This document shows, piece by piece, positions 26,366-39,100 of a stretch of 64,000 nt of DNA; position 1 is the first letter of the stretch; every line of letters begins with the position of its first letter. A model generated the notes under the pieces. The model was given only the letters and a program-made list of their open reading frames with translations, was not told the origin of the DNA and did not search any database. Position numbers and translations under genes: made by a program. Source of the DNA: Felis catus (taxonomy: Eukaryota); the NCBI RefSeq assembly GCF_018350175.1, contig NC_058368.1, forward strand, positions 86,368,001-86,432,000, read 5' to 3'.

Positions 26366-27700
26366 TTAAACATGTGTCTTCTAAATCCTTTTCAAAATTA
26401 AAATTAGGTTTGCAAATCAATATTACAGCAATATTTATTTTTATATTTTCCCATGTATTTAACTTAGTGGAGAATCTTATACAGTATAGCATCATATTAT
26501 TTCAACCTAAAGGTCTCCTTTTGACATTTACTGTAGGAAATATCTAGTAATAATAAACTTCCACTGATTTTGTATACCAAAAAATATCTTTGTTTCTCTC
26601 TTTCTTTTTTGAAGGGAAATTTTCCAGATATAATTTCCATTAACAGTTTTTAATTCTATCATCACTTTGAATATGTTTCTCACTGTGTTTACTTCTCAGT
26701 CTCTGCTGAGAACTTGGATAATCTTACACTTTTTTGTACCTGACAAGTTACTTATTTCTTGCTGTTTTCAATATTTTCCTTTCATCTGTAGGTAGTTTGA
26801 TTAATTGCATATGTTTGTGAGTTTGTTTTTTTTTTTTTTTTTTTTTTTTTGAGGTTATCCTACTTGGAATTTGTTGAGTTTCTTGGATTGTATATTCATG
26901 TCTTTCATCATATTTAAGAAGATTTACCCATTTTTTATTCAAGTAATCTCTCTGCCCCTTTTACTTTAATTTCCTCTGGGACTCCTATAATGCATGTATT
27001 GTTCCACTTGACCATGTCTCACTTAAACTAGTGGCTATGTACCCCTTCATTCTTTGGTGTCTCTGCTCCTCAGAATTTACATAAATGGTCCTAACTTTAT
27101 TCTCATTAATGTATTTTTTCTGACTGCTCAAATCTTCCATCTTGTCTCTCTAGTAAATTTTTCATTGTAGTTTTTGCACTTTCCAGCTTTAGAATTTCTG
27201 ATTTGTTTCTTATTTAGAAATCATACCTCCTTGTTGATATTCTCATTTTATTTATATGCAATTTAATAAATGTAAAAAAAATTAAAAAAAAAAAAACTAT
27301 GAAAGCTGAGGTGAACCAGAAGAACAAATTTGGAAAATGAAACAAATACATGGAGGTTAAATAATATCCTATTAAAGAATGAGTCGGCTAATCAGGAAAT
27401 TAAAGTAGAAATAAAAAAATTTTTGTGGAAACTAATGAAAAGGAAAACACCATAGTCCAAAACTTTTGAGATGAAGCAAAAGCAGTCATAAGAGGGAAGT
27501 ATACAGGTCTACCTCAAGAAGCAAGAAAAAATCCAAAAAGCAACCTAATCTTATGACTAAAGTATATAAAAAAAGAATACTTGAAACCTAAAGCCAGAAA
27601 AGGAAGAAATAATAAGCATTAGACCATAAATAAATGACATAAAAACAAACATGCAAACAAACAAACCAGTAGAACAGATCAATAAAACAGGAGCTGGTTT

Positions 27701-27938
27701 GGGGCTCCTGGGTGGTTTAGTTGGTTGAGCGTCCGACTTTGGCTCAGGTGATGATCTCACGGTTTGTGGGTTTGAGGCCCATTTCAAGTTCTGTGCTGAC
27801 AGCTCAGAGGAGCTTGCTTCAGATTCTGTGTGTGTCTCTCTCTGACCTTCCTTTGCTCATTCTCTCCATCTCTCTCTCTCCCTCTCTCTCTGTCTCTGTC
27901 TCTCTATCTCTCTCTCAAAAATAAATAAATATAAAAAA
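27701..27938 (+). mobile_element. Can-SINE with TSD
   Basis: caggagctggttt on both flanks. Confidence 0.9.
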
Positions 27939-28392
27939 ACCAGGAGCTGGTTTTTGAAAAAGCTAATAAAACTGATAAATCCCTAGTGAGGCCTATCAAA
28001 AAGGAACTGGAAAGGATTAAAATATAGAAAACCACAAATGAGAGAGGAGAGATAATAACCAACACCACAGAAATACAAACTGTAAGACAATATTATGAAA
28101 AATTATATGCCATCAAATTGAATAATCTGGAATAAATGAATAAATTCTTAGTAACATATAAATGACCAAAATTGAAATAGGAAGAAATAGAAAACTTGAT
28201 CAGACCAATAACCAGCAAACAAATTGAATAAATTATCAAAAGTCACCCAACAAGCAAAAGTCCAAGGCCAAATGGCTTCACAGGGGAATTCTACTAAACA
28301 TTTAGAGAAGAGTTAATACTTATTCTTCTCAAACTATCCCCAAAAATAGAAATGGAAAGAAAACTCAAACTCATTCTATGACACCAGCATTA

Positions 28393-29579
28393 TGAGAAAT
28401 CAAATAACTGTCCTGGTTAAGGAGATTACACTGCTTTTTGGCCTTGCTGAAAACAGCTGACCAGTGTCTAGTTAATGTGTGTAGAGGGTTGAGTCCTTCC
28501 TGTGATTATGAATTCCTTAGACCATGTTATCTATGGAATATCTTATCTTGTTCTTCACCCTACATGTGTTCTTTTGTACTCTGGAACACCTTGTTTTTTG
28601 CAAGCTTTCTATATGTTCTTATTGGCATTGCATGATGTTTTCCCTATAATGTATGCTTAATAAATACAGGAGCTTGAAAGTGGCTCAGGGAGACTTCCCT
28701 TAGCTTTTCTCTCACCTCTCTTGACTTGTGGGGTCTTAAGTAATCCTTTCTGCTGCCCTCAGCCTTGTTGGACAAAGCCAAAAGCTGAATCCACAACTGG
28801 GGACCATGACATGATAAGCTGAACTTGCAATTGGTGACCTTAAAGATAGTAAAAGAGAGGAACTCATGTCTAGGTTGATGTCTAGCAGTGGTAATTATGG
28901 GGAATGTATGAAACTCTCCAACCACATATCCGTCTTGTAAACATTGCTGGATAACTGATGACTTATGTCCCTCCAATATAGGTATTGGAATTAAGTGATA
29001 GGGAAGAATAGGGATAGGAGAAAGCTGGCAAGGTTGGTCATCCTTAATAGTAGGAGATGCTGTAGGAGAGGTAGGTGTTAGGCTTTCTTTCTTAATTTGT
29101 TCCTTCTTGGAGATACATGTAATGGACATAATCACGTACAGACTAAACTCCAGGTCACTAAAATGAAAGCAGGAAGCTTCTCTCCTTTTTCATGTTTTCT
29201 TTTTAAAAAATTTTCCACTTGTTCCCATAGATCTAAATAAACTGTACCATGGCTGCGAAACCAGAGACAGGTGTCTCATATTGTTCATAACAATTTACTT
29301 AATTGATCTTTCTTAACATTACACTGAACCCCATTAAAAACTGCTGTAAAGTTTTTAGACATAATAGCTATTCCTTTGTCATTTTATGGCCCATGGCAAA
29401 AAAAGAGAAAAGAAATGCTCTCAGTGAAACCTAGACATGTTGGCAACTATCCCAAGCAGGTACTTCTGTACCTAAGCCTTTCTCTCAGATCTCTTGACTT
29501 GTGGGGTCTTGAGTACTCCTTTCTGCCATCCTTGGCTTTGCTGGACAAAGTGAAAACTGAACCCACAATTGGTGACCCC
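28393..29579 (+). mobile_element. Rearranged ERV remnant: LTR (28393-28795), Trp-like PBS, inverted gag, second U5 copy (about 29457-29567)
   Basis: TG...CA LTR with AATAAA at about 28658; PBS tggggaccatgacatgat at 28798-28815; U5 duplicated; interrupts L1 ORF2. Confidence 0.8.
28840..29394 (-). pseudogene. gag: Betaretrovirus-like gag remnant (MA to start of CA)
   Basis: gccATGG start MGHKMTKE*; DTCLWFRSHGTVYLDLWEQVENFLKRKHEKGEKLPAFILVTWSLV resembles class II matrix (CPWFP..GT..L..W); FPIITTARHQPRHEFLSFTIFK resembles the CA N-terminus. Stops and frameshifts present. Confidence 0.8.
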
Positions 29580-30274
29580 AGCATTGTAAGCCAAACCTGC
29601 ACAGCAGGTTTGCACAGACAAAAACTCCAGTAAAAAAGAGAACTACAGGCTGACATGCTTCATGAACATGGATGCAAAAGTTCTCAACAAAATACTAGCA
29701 AATCAAATCCAATGTCTTTCATCACAACCAAGTGGAATTTATCCTTATGTTGCCAAGTTGGTTCAATACTTGCCGATCAACGTGGTACATGACCTTAACA
29801 AAAGAAATGATAAGAAGCATATGCTCTCCTCAATAGATGCAGAAAAAAACATTCGGCAAAGTACAATATCTATTCTTGATAAAAAAAAGAAAAAAAAACT
29901 TAGCAAATTAAGGATAGAGGGATCATACCTCAACATAATAAAGGCCATGTATGAAAACCACATTGCTAATATAATCCTTAATGGGTGAAAAACTGAGAGC
30001 TTTTCCTTCATGATCAGTAAAAAAAAGCTATCCGCTCTCACTCTCACCACTCTTATTTAATGTATTACTGGAACTCCTAGCACAGCAACACAAAGCAATA
30101 AAAGTCATCCAAATCAACAGAGAAGAAGTTAAACTTTCATTATTTGCATATGCTACTATACTCTATGTAGAAAACCTGAAACATTTCCCCCCCCAAAATA
30201 AATGTTATAAATGATACATGAAGGACATAAAGTTACAGAATACAAATTTAGTGTATAGAAATCAGTTGTACTTA

Positions 30275-30494
30275 GGGGTGCCGGGGTGGCTCAGTCGGTT
30301 AAGTGTCTGACTTTGGTTCAGTTCATGATCTCGTGGTTCGTGGGTTTGAGCCCCGCATCAGGCTGTGTGCTGACAGCTCAGAACCTGGCGCCTGCTTTGG
30401 ATTCTGTGTCTCCTTCTTTCTTCCCCTCCCCCGCTCGCACTCTGTCTCTGTCTCTCAAAAATAAATAACATTAAATATTAAAAAAGAAAGAAAG
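30275..30494 (+). mobile_element. Can-SINE with TSD
   Basis: agaaatcagttg on both flanks. Confidence 0.92.
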
Positions 30495-32419
30495 AAATCA
30501 GTTGCATTTGTATACACCAATGATGAAGCAGCAGAAAGAGAAATTTGATTTACAATGGACCCCAAAACCGTTAAGATACTTAGGTTAAATCTAACTAAAG
30601 AGGTAAAAGATTTGTACTCTGAAAACTATAGAAAGCTTATGAAATAAATTGAAGAAGACAAAAAGAAGTGGAGATACAATCCATGCTCATGGATTAGAAG
30701 GACAATTATTGTTAAAATGTTTATACTATCCAAAAATGGACATATTTAATGCAATCCCTATCAAAATACAAACATCATTTTTCACAGTAGTAGAAAAAAA
30801 CAATACTAAAGTTTGTATAGAACCACAAAAGACTGAGGATTGCCATAGCAATCTTGAAAAAGAAAACCAAAACTGAGGCATCACAATTCCAGATTTCATG
30901 TTATATTACAAGTCAGTAGTGATCAAGACACTATGGTACTGGCACAAAAACAGATACATAGATCAACGGAACATAACAGAAAATGGCCCTACAATGCTAT
31001 GGTCAAATTATCTTCAACAAAGCAGGAAAGAATATCCAATGGGAAAAAGACAGTGTCTTCAACAAATGCTGCTGGGAAAACTGTACAGCATATGAAAAGA
31101 ATGAAACTGGACTACTTTTTTACACCATAGACAAAAATAAATTGAAAATAGATGAGAGACCAAAATGTATGACAGGAAACAATCAAAATCCAAGAGGACA
31201 ATACATAGAGTAAACTTTGATATGGCCTTCACAACTTCTTACTAGATATGTCTCCTGTCACAAGGGAAAAAAAAGGAAAAATAAACTATTGGGAATTCAT
31301 GATACAAAATGCTTCTGCACCATGGAGGAAAAAATAAACAATGGAAGAAGGTATCCTTGGGAATGGAAGAAGATATTTACAAATGACATATCTGATAATG
31401 GCTTAGTATCCAAAATATATAAAGAACTTATAAAACTCAACACCCAAAGCCCAAATAATCCAATTAATAAATTAGCAGAATACATAAATATACATGTTCA
31501 ACATCACTTATCTACTAGGGAAATGCAAATCCAAACTACAATGAAATATCACTTCCCACCTATCAACATGACTAAAATTAACAGCAGATATTGGTGATGA
31601 TGTGGATAAAGGGGAATACTCTTATACTATTGGTAGCAATGCAAACTGGTGCAGCCACTCTGGGAAACAGTATGGAGGTTCCTCAAAAAGTTAAAAAAAA
31701 AATAGAACTGCCCGACAATACAGCAATTGCACTACTAGGTATTTACCCACAGAATACAAAAAATACTGATTCAATGGAATACATTCAACCTCATGTTTAT
31801 AGCAGCATTATCAATGATAACTAGATTATGTAAGGATCCTAAATATGCATCAATTGATGAATGGATAAATAATATATACATATATATTATATATATTCTT
31901 ATATTATAAATAAGATATGTAATATATATTATATATATTATAAATATATGTTATAAATATGTATATTTATATTTTATATTTAATATAATATATTTATATT
32001 ATAAATATATATATTATTCAGCCATAAAAAAGAGTGAAATCTTGCCATTTGCAACAACCTGAAAGAAGCAAGAAAGTGTTATATTAAGGGAAAGAAGTTA
32101 GTCAGACAAAGACAAATACCATATGATTTCACTCATATGTGGAATTTAAGAAACAAAACAGATGAACATAGGAATAAAAGGAAAAGAGGCAAATCATAAA
32201 GAGCTTCTTAAATATACAGAACAAACTGAGCATTGCTGGAAGAGAGGTGTGTGTGTGTGGTTTAAATGTGTGATTGGTATTAAAGAAGTCATTTGATATG
32301 AGAAATGGGTATTATGTAGAAGTGATGAGTTGGTAAATTCTACACTTGAAACTATTGTATTATTATGCTGTATGTTAACTAACTTTAATATAAATAAAAA
32401 CTTGAAAAAGAAAAAGATT

Positions 32420-32830
32420 TGAATATTTTTTGGCCTGAATATACATATATAGATACATATATTATACCTATATGCAATGTATATAATGAATATAATATAT
32501 AATGAATACATTATATACAATAAATATAAATATATAAAAATTATGTATATAAATTATATATATGTTAGGCATAAAATTCAGACATAAAAAAGAATGAATT
32601 TTTTCTGTTTCAAGTTTTATTTATATTCAAGTTAGTAAATATACAGTCTAATATAATAATATTTTAAATATATAATATAAAACATTATACATAATGAATA
32701 CATTATATATAATAAATATATCAAATTTAAATATTTTAAAAATACATAAATATTGTATATTCACTATATATTATATATTACTTTATGTAATATACATAAT
32801 AAATATGAATGATAAATATGAGAATTAGAA
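32420..32830. repeat. AT-rich low-complexity tract with small L1-derived pieces
   Basis: ataatgaatacattatata occurs twice; L1 3' motifs at about 32575-32650. Confidence 0.75.
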
Positions 32831-32869
32831 AGAAAGAAAAATAGGTAGCTAGCACTTCTTCATGCATTC

Positions 32870-35364
32870 ATCTATAAATGGGCACTTGGGCTGCTTCTAT
32901 AATTTGGCAATTGAAAATGTTTCTATAAACATAGGGGTGCATATATCACTGAATTAGGGTTTTTGTATTTTTGTGGTAAATTCCCAGTAGTGTAATTACT
33001 GGATTTTAGGGCAATTCTATTTTTAAATTTTGAGGATTCTCCATACTATTTTCCAAAGTGGCTGCACCAGTTTGCATTCCCACCAACAAGGTAAGAGTTC
33101 CCTTTCCTTGACATCCTCACCAACACTGTTTCTTGTGTACTTGCTTTTAGCCATTTTAACAGATGGGAAATGATATCCCATGGTAGTTTTGTTTTGTATT
33201 TCTCTAGTGATCACCGATGTTGAGCACCTTTTCGTGACTGTTACCAAATGTATATCTTCTTTGGGAAAGTATCTATTCATGTCCTCTACCCATTTTTAAT
33301 TGAATTATTCATTTTGGGGTTGTTGAGTTTTACAAATTATTTGCATATTTTGGATGCTAACCCTTTATCAGATATGCCATTCACAAATATCTTTAGCAAT
33401 TCATTAGGTTGCTTTTAGTAATGATTATATCCTTCAATGTGCAGAAGTGGCTTTTTTTGTTTCTTTTTTGTTTTGTTGTGGTTTTTATTCTGATGTAGTC
33501 CCAGCAGTTTATTTTAGCTTTTATTTCCATGCTTAAAAGACATATATAGATAAATGTCGCTGCAGTCGATGTCAGAGACATTAGTGTCTGTGCTCTTTTC
33601 TAGGATTTTTATGGTTTCATGTTTCACATTTAGAATAATCCATTTCAGTTTATGTTTGTGTATGGTTTAAAAGAGTTGTCCAGTTTTATTTTTCTGCATG
33701 TAGCTGAGCAGTTTTCCTAGCACTCTTTTTTGAAAAGGCATTATTTTTCCCGTTGGATATTCCTTCCTGCTTCGTCAAAGATTGATCATATTACTGTGGG
33801 TTTATTTCTGGGTGTTCTATTCCATTGATCTATGTGTCTGTTTGGTGTCAATACCATACTGTCTTGATGATTACAGCTTTGTAATACAACTTTACGTCTG
33901 GTAAAATTTTGATACCTTTAGCTTTGCTTTGCTTTTTCAAAATTTCTTTGAATATTCAGGGTCTTTTGTTATATTTCTGTGCAAAATGGCATCAGTATTT
34001 TGATAAGCATTGCACTAAATCTGTAGATTGTTTTGGTTAGTATACACATTTTAACAATATTTATTCTTTCATTCCATAAGCATGGAATGTCTTTACATCC
34101 TTTTGTGTTATTGTCAATTCTTTTAATGAATGTTTTATAATTATCAGAGTACAGCTCATTCACCTGTTTGGTTAGGTTTATTCTTACGTATCTTATTATT
34201 TGTGGTACAATTACTAATGGATTTTTTTCTTAATTACTCTTTCCTAATTTCTGCTGCTTAATTATTGATATATAGACATGTAACAGATTCCTGGACATGG
34301 ATTTATTTCTCTCTGTGACTACCAAATTAACTGATCAGTTTTAATAGTTTTTGGTGGAGTCTTTAGGGTTTTCTATACAATGTATTCTGCCATCTACGTA
34401 TAGTGAAAGTTTTACTTCTTCCTCACCGATTTGGAGGCATTTTATTTCCTTTTGCTGTCTGCTGTAGTTGGGATTCCAGTATTATTTTAAATAAATGTGA
34501 TGAGACAAATCCTTGTCTTGTTCCTGACATTTGAAGGAAAACTCTGTTTTTCTGTATTGAGTAGGATATTTCCTGTGGGTTTTTAATATATAACCTTTAT
34601 TATGTTCATGTATGTTCCCTCTAAACCTACATTGTTTAGGTGTCTTATTATAAATGAATGTTGTACTGTGTTGAATGCTTTTCTGCATCTGTTGAAATGA
34701 TCATATGGTGTGTATCTTTTCTTTTATTTATGTGATGTGTCATGTTAATTAGTGAATTTGAAACACCATTCCACACTGGAAACAAATCCCACATGACCAT
34801 GATGAATCACATTTTTAATGTATTGTTGGATTTTATTTGCTAGTATATTGTTGAGGATTTTTACATCTATGTTCATTAGAGATATTGGCCTGTGGTTCTC
34901 TTTTTAAAGGTCTCTTCATCTGGTTTTAGAATCATTGTGATACTAGTCTCATAGAATGAATTAGTAAGTTCTCCTTTTTGTTCTCCTTTTTTCTTTTTAT
35001 TTATTTTTCTTTTTTTTTGAGGGGGGATAGTGTTAGAGGAGTAGATATTAAAATGTTCTTCTTTAAATATTTGGTATAATTCAACTGTGAGGTAGTCTAG
35101 CTCTGGACTTCTGTTTACTGGAAATTTTTGATATTCATTCAAAATATCATTGCTGATAATTGGTCTGTTCAAACTTTCTATTTCTTCTTGCTTCAGTTTT
35201 GCTAGGTTTTATGTTTCTAAGAGTTTATCAATTTCTTCTGTGTTGTCTAAGTTGTTGGTATGTAGTTTTTAATAATATTCTCTCACATTTATTTTTTGGT
35301 TGTGTAATTGATTGTGATTGTTTCCTCTTTCTTTTGTGATTTTTCTTATTTGAGTCTGTTCTTT

Positions 35365-35407
<43 letters not shown>

Positions 35408-35730
35408 TCTGATGAACTGGATAGATGTTTATCAACTTTTATTAACTTTTCAAAAGGAAATCTCTTGCTTTCATTTATCTGTTCTATTGTTTTCAAGTTT
35501 TTATATATAATTTATTTCTGCTCTATTCTTTATTATTTCTTACTTCTGGTGGTTTTAACTTTTATTTGTCCTTTTTCTAGCTTCTTTGGTTACAATGTTA
35601 TGTTGTTTATTTGAAGTCTTGCTTGCTTGCTTTGAGGTTGTCTGCATTGCTCTAAACTTCCTTCTAAGGACAGCTTCTGCTGCAAACCAAGTATGTTTTA
35701 CTTTTTCTTTGATTCTATGTACTTAAAAAA
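32870..35730 (-). mobile_element. Decayed LINE-1 ORF2
   Basis: ORF2-like fragments 33023-35496; (CT)n at 35368-35410. Confidence 0.88.
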
Positions 35731-35734
35731 TGAG

Positions 35735-36151
35735 ATTTTTAAAATATTATTTATTTTAATTCAAGTTAGTTAATGTACAATGTAGTATTGGTTTCAGTAG
35801 CAGAACCCAGTGATTCATCCCTTTCATATATACCACCCAGTGTTCATCCCAACAAGTGTTCTCCTTAATACCCAGCACCCGTTTAACACACACCCCACCC
35901 ACCTTCCTTCCAGCAACCATCAGTTTATTTCTGTATTAGAGAATGTCATATGGTTTGCCTCCCTGTCTGTTTTTTCTTTTTCCTTCCCTTCACCTATATT
36001 CATCTGTTCTGTTTCTTAAATTCCACATGAGTGAAACCATATGATATATGTCATTATCTAACTGATTTATTTTGCTGAGAATAATACACTCCTATTCCAT
36101 CTATGTTGTTGCAAATGGTAACATTCCATTCTTTTTGATTGCTGGGTAATA

Positions 36152-36191
<40 letters not shown>

Positions 36192-39100
36192 ATGTGTGTG
36201 TGTGTGTGTGTACCACATCTTCATCTATCTAGTTGATGGACATTTGGGCTCTTTTTAAAATTTGGCTATTCGTGATAGTTCTGTTTTAAACATTGGGATA
36301 CATGTGCCCCTTTGAATCACAATTTTTATATCCTATGGAAAAATACCTAGTAGTGCAACTCCTGGGTTGTAGGGTAGTTTTATTTTTAATTTTTTGAGAA
36401 AACTCGTACTGTTTTCCAGAGTACTTTTATCAGTTGGCATTCGCACCAGCAGGGCAAAAATGTTCCTCTTTATCCACCCTTGCCATCATATGTTTATTGA
36501 GTTGTTAATTTAAGAAATTTTGACAGATGTGAGGTGGTACATCATTAAGGTTTTGATTTGTATTTTTCTGATGATGACTTATGTTGAGCATATTTTCATG
36601 TGTCTGTTAGCCATCTCAATGTCTTCTTTGGAAAAGTGTTTATTTGTGTCTTTTGCCCATTTCTTCTCAGGATTATTTGTTCTTTGGATGTTGATACGTT
36701 CTTTATAGATTTTGGATACTACACCTTTATCTGATATGCCATTTGCTAGATGGCCTTTTAGTTTTGTTGATTGTTTCATTCATTATGCAGAAGCTTTTTA
36801 TCTTGGTCAGGCCCAAGTAGTTCATTTCTGCTTTTGTTTCCCGCACCTTCAGAGACATGTCTAGAAATAAGTTGCTCAAAGAGGTTATTGCCTGTTTTCT
36901 CCTTACAATTTTGATGGTTTCCTGTCTCATATTTAGGTCTTTAATACATCTTGAATTTATTTTTATGTATGGTGTAAGAAAGCGATCCAGTTTCAATCTT
37001 CTACATGTTGCTGTCCAGTTCTCCTAGCACCATTTGCTAAAGAGTCTGTCTCTTTTCCATTGGATAGTCTTTCCTGCTTTGTCAAAGAGTAGTTGGCCAT
37101 ACATTTGTGGATCAATTTCTGGGTTCTCTATTCTGTTACACTGATCTATATGTCTGTTGTTGTGCCAGTACCACATGGTATTGTTGATTACAGATTTGCA
37201 ATACAGGTTGAAAACTGGAATTGTAATGACTCCAGCTCTGGTCGTCTTTTTCAGTGTTACATTGCATATTCAGTGTCTTTTCTGGTTCTATACAAAGTTT
37301 ATAATTCTTTGTTCCAGCTCTGTGAAGAATGCTCATATTATTTTGATAGGGATTGCACTGAATGTGTAGATTGTATTGGGTTGTATTGACGATTTAATAA
37401 TATTTGTTCTACCAATGCATTAGCATGGAATGTTTTTCCATTGCTTTGTTTCTTCTGAAAATTCTCTCATAAGCTTTCTGCGGTTTTCAGGGTACAGATC
37501 ATTACCTCCTTGCTTAGGTTTATTCCTTGGTATTTTATGATTTTTGGTACAATTCTAAATGGGATAAATTCTAAGTGGGATTAAATGATTTCTCTTTCTG
37601 CTGCTTCATTATTAGTGTACAGACATGCAATCAATTTGTGTACATTGATATTATATTCTGCAACTTTGCTGCATTCACATATCAGTTCTAGTTGTTTTTT
37701 TGGTGGAGTCTTTTGGGTTTCCCATGTAGAATATCATGTCGTCTGTTAAGAGTGAAAGTTTGACTTCTTCTTTGCCAATTTGTATGCCTTTCATCTCTTT
37801 TTGTTGTCTGATTTTTGAGGCTAGGACTTCCAGTACTATATTGAACAACAGCGGTAAGTGTGGACACCCTTGTCCTGTTCCTGGTCTTAGGAAGAAATCT
37901 CTCAGCTTTTACCCATTGAAGATATTATTAGCTGTGGGTCATTCATATAAAGCTTTTATGAAGTTAAGGTATGTTCATTCTTCCCTACTTTCTTGAGGTA
38001 TTTTATCAAGAAAGAACGTTGATGTCAAATATTTTTTCTTCATCTATTAACAGTATCATATGGTTCTTATCCTTTGTTTTATCAATGTTGTGTATCATGA
38101 TGATTGATTTGAAAAGATGGAATCAGCCCTGCAGCCCAGAAATGAATCCCACTTTAAAATTGGTGAATAATTCTTTTAAGGTACTGTTAAATTTGATTTG
38201 CTAGGATCGTGTTGAGAATTTTTGCATCCATGTTCATCAGGGATATTGGCCTGTAATTCTTATTTTTAGTGGGGGTTTTGGTTTTGGAATCAAAGTAATA
38301 CTGGCTTCCCAGAATGAGTTTGGAAGTTTTCCTTCCATTTCTCTTTTTTGGAACTGTTTGAGAAGAATAGGTATTAATTCTGCCTTAAAAGTCTAGTAGA
38401 ATTCCCCTGGGAGTCCATCTGGCCAAGGACTCTTATTTGTTGGGAGATTTTTGAATAACTGATTCAAGTTTTTTGTTGGTTATGGGTCTGTTCAAATTTT
38501 CTGTTTCTTCCCATTTGAGTTTTGATAGTGTGTGTCTAGGAATTTGTCCATTTCTTCCAGATTGTCCTGTTTGTTGGCACATAATTTTACTTAATATTCT
38601 TTTATAATTGTTTTTATTTTTGTGATGTTGTTTGTGATCTCTCCTCTTTCATTCATGATTTTATCTATTTGGGTCCTCTGTGTTCTCTTTTTGGTAAGTC
38701 TGGCTAGGGATTTATCAATTTTGTTTCTTCTTCAAAAAAACTTTTAGTTTCATTGATCTGTTCCGCCATTTTTTTGTTTGTTTGTTTCTATATTGTTTAA
38801 TTCTGCTCTAATCTTTATTTTTTCACATTTTCTGCAGGCTGTGGGTATCATATGCTGTTACCTTTTTCACTCCTCTAGTTGTAAGGTGAGGTTGTGATTT
38901 GGGGATTTTTCTTGCTTTTTAGATAGGGTTGAATTGCAGTGTACTTCCCCTTAGGACTGCCTTTGCTGTATCCCAAAGAGTTTGGACTCTCATGTTTGTG
39001 TTTTCATTTACTTCTGTGTATTTTTTTTATCTCTTCTTTAATCTCCTGATTAATCCATGGGGTGCCTTGGTGGCTCAGTTTCTTGGGCATCCGATTTCAG

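Larger units (their letters stand above)
23805..27265 (-). mobile_element. Old L1 fragments (ORF2 3' piece, then ORF2 5'/ORF1 region)
   Basis: catttgcaaatatcttctccca and atatggtctatcctgga motifs; ORF1-like IQETQQIPSRI in ORF 26748. Confidence 0.7.
27297..32415 (+). mobile_element. Decayed LINE-1 (ORF2 to 3' end) interrupted by an ERV remnant and two SINEs
   Basis: RT start MNMDAKVLNKILANQIQ (ORF 29662), ORF2 C-terminal fragments at 30649-31824, A-rich tail at about 32390-32415. Confidence 0.9.

Noticed and set aside
26053..26547. 164 aa ORF and similar ORFs containing EPGACFRFCVSLSL or RGRGRERGRHRI
   Set aside because: Read-through of Can-SINE sequence.
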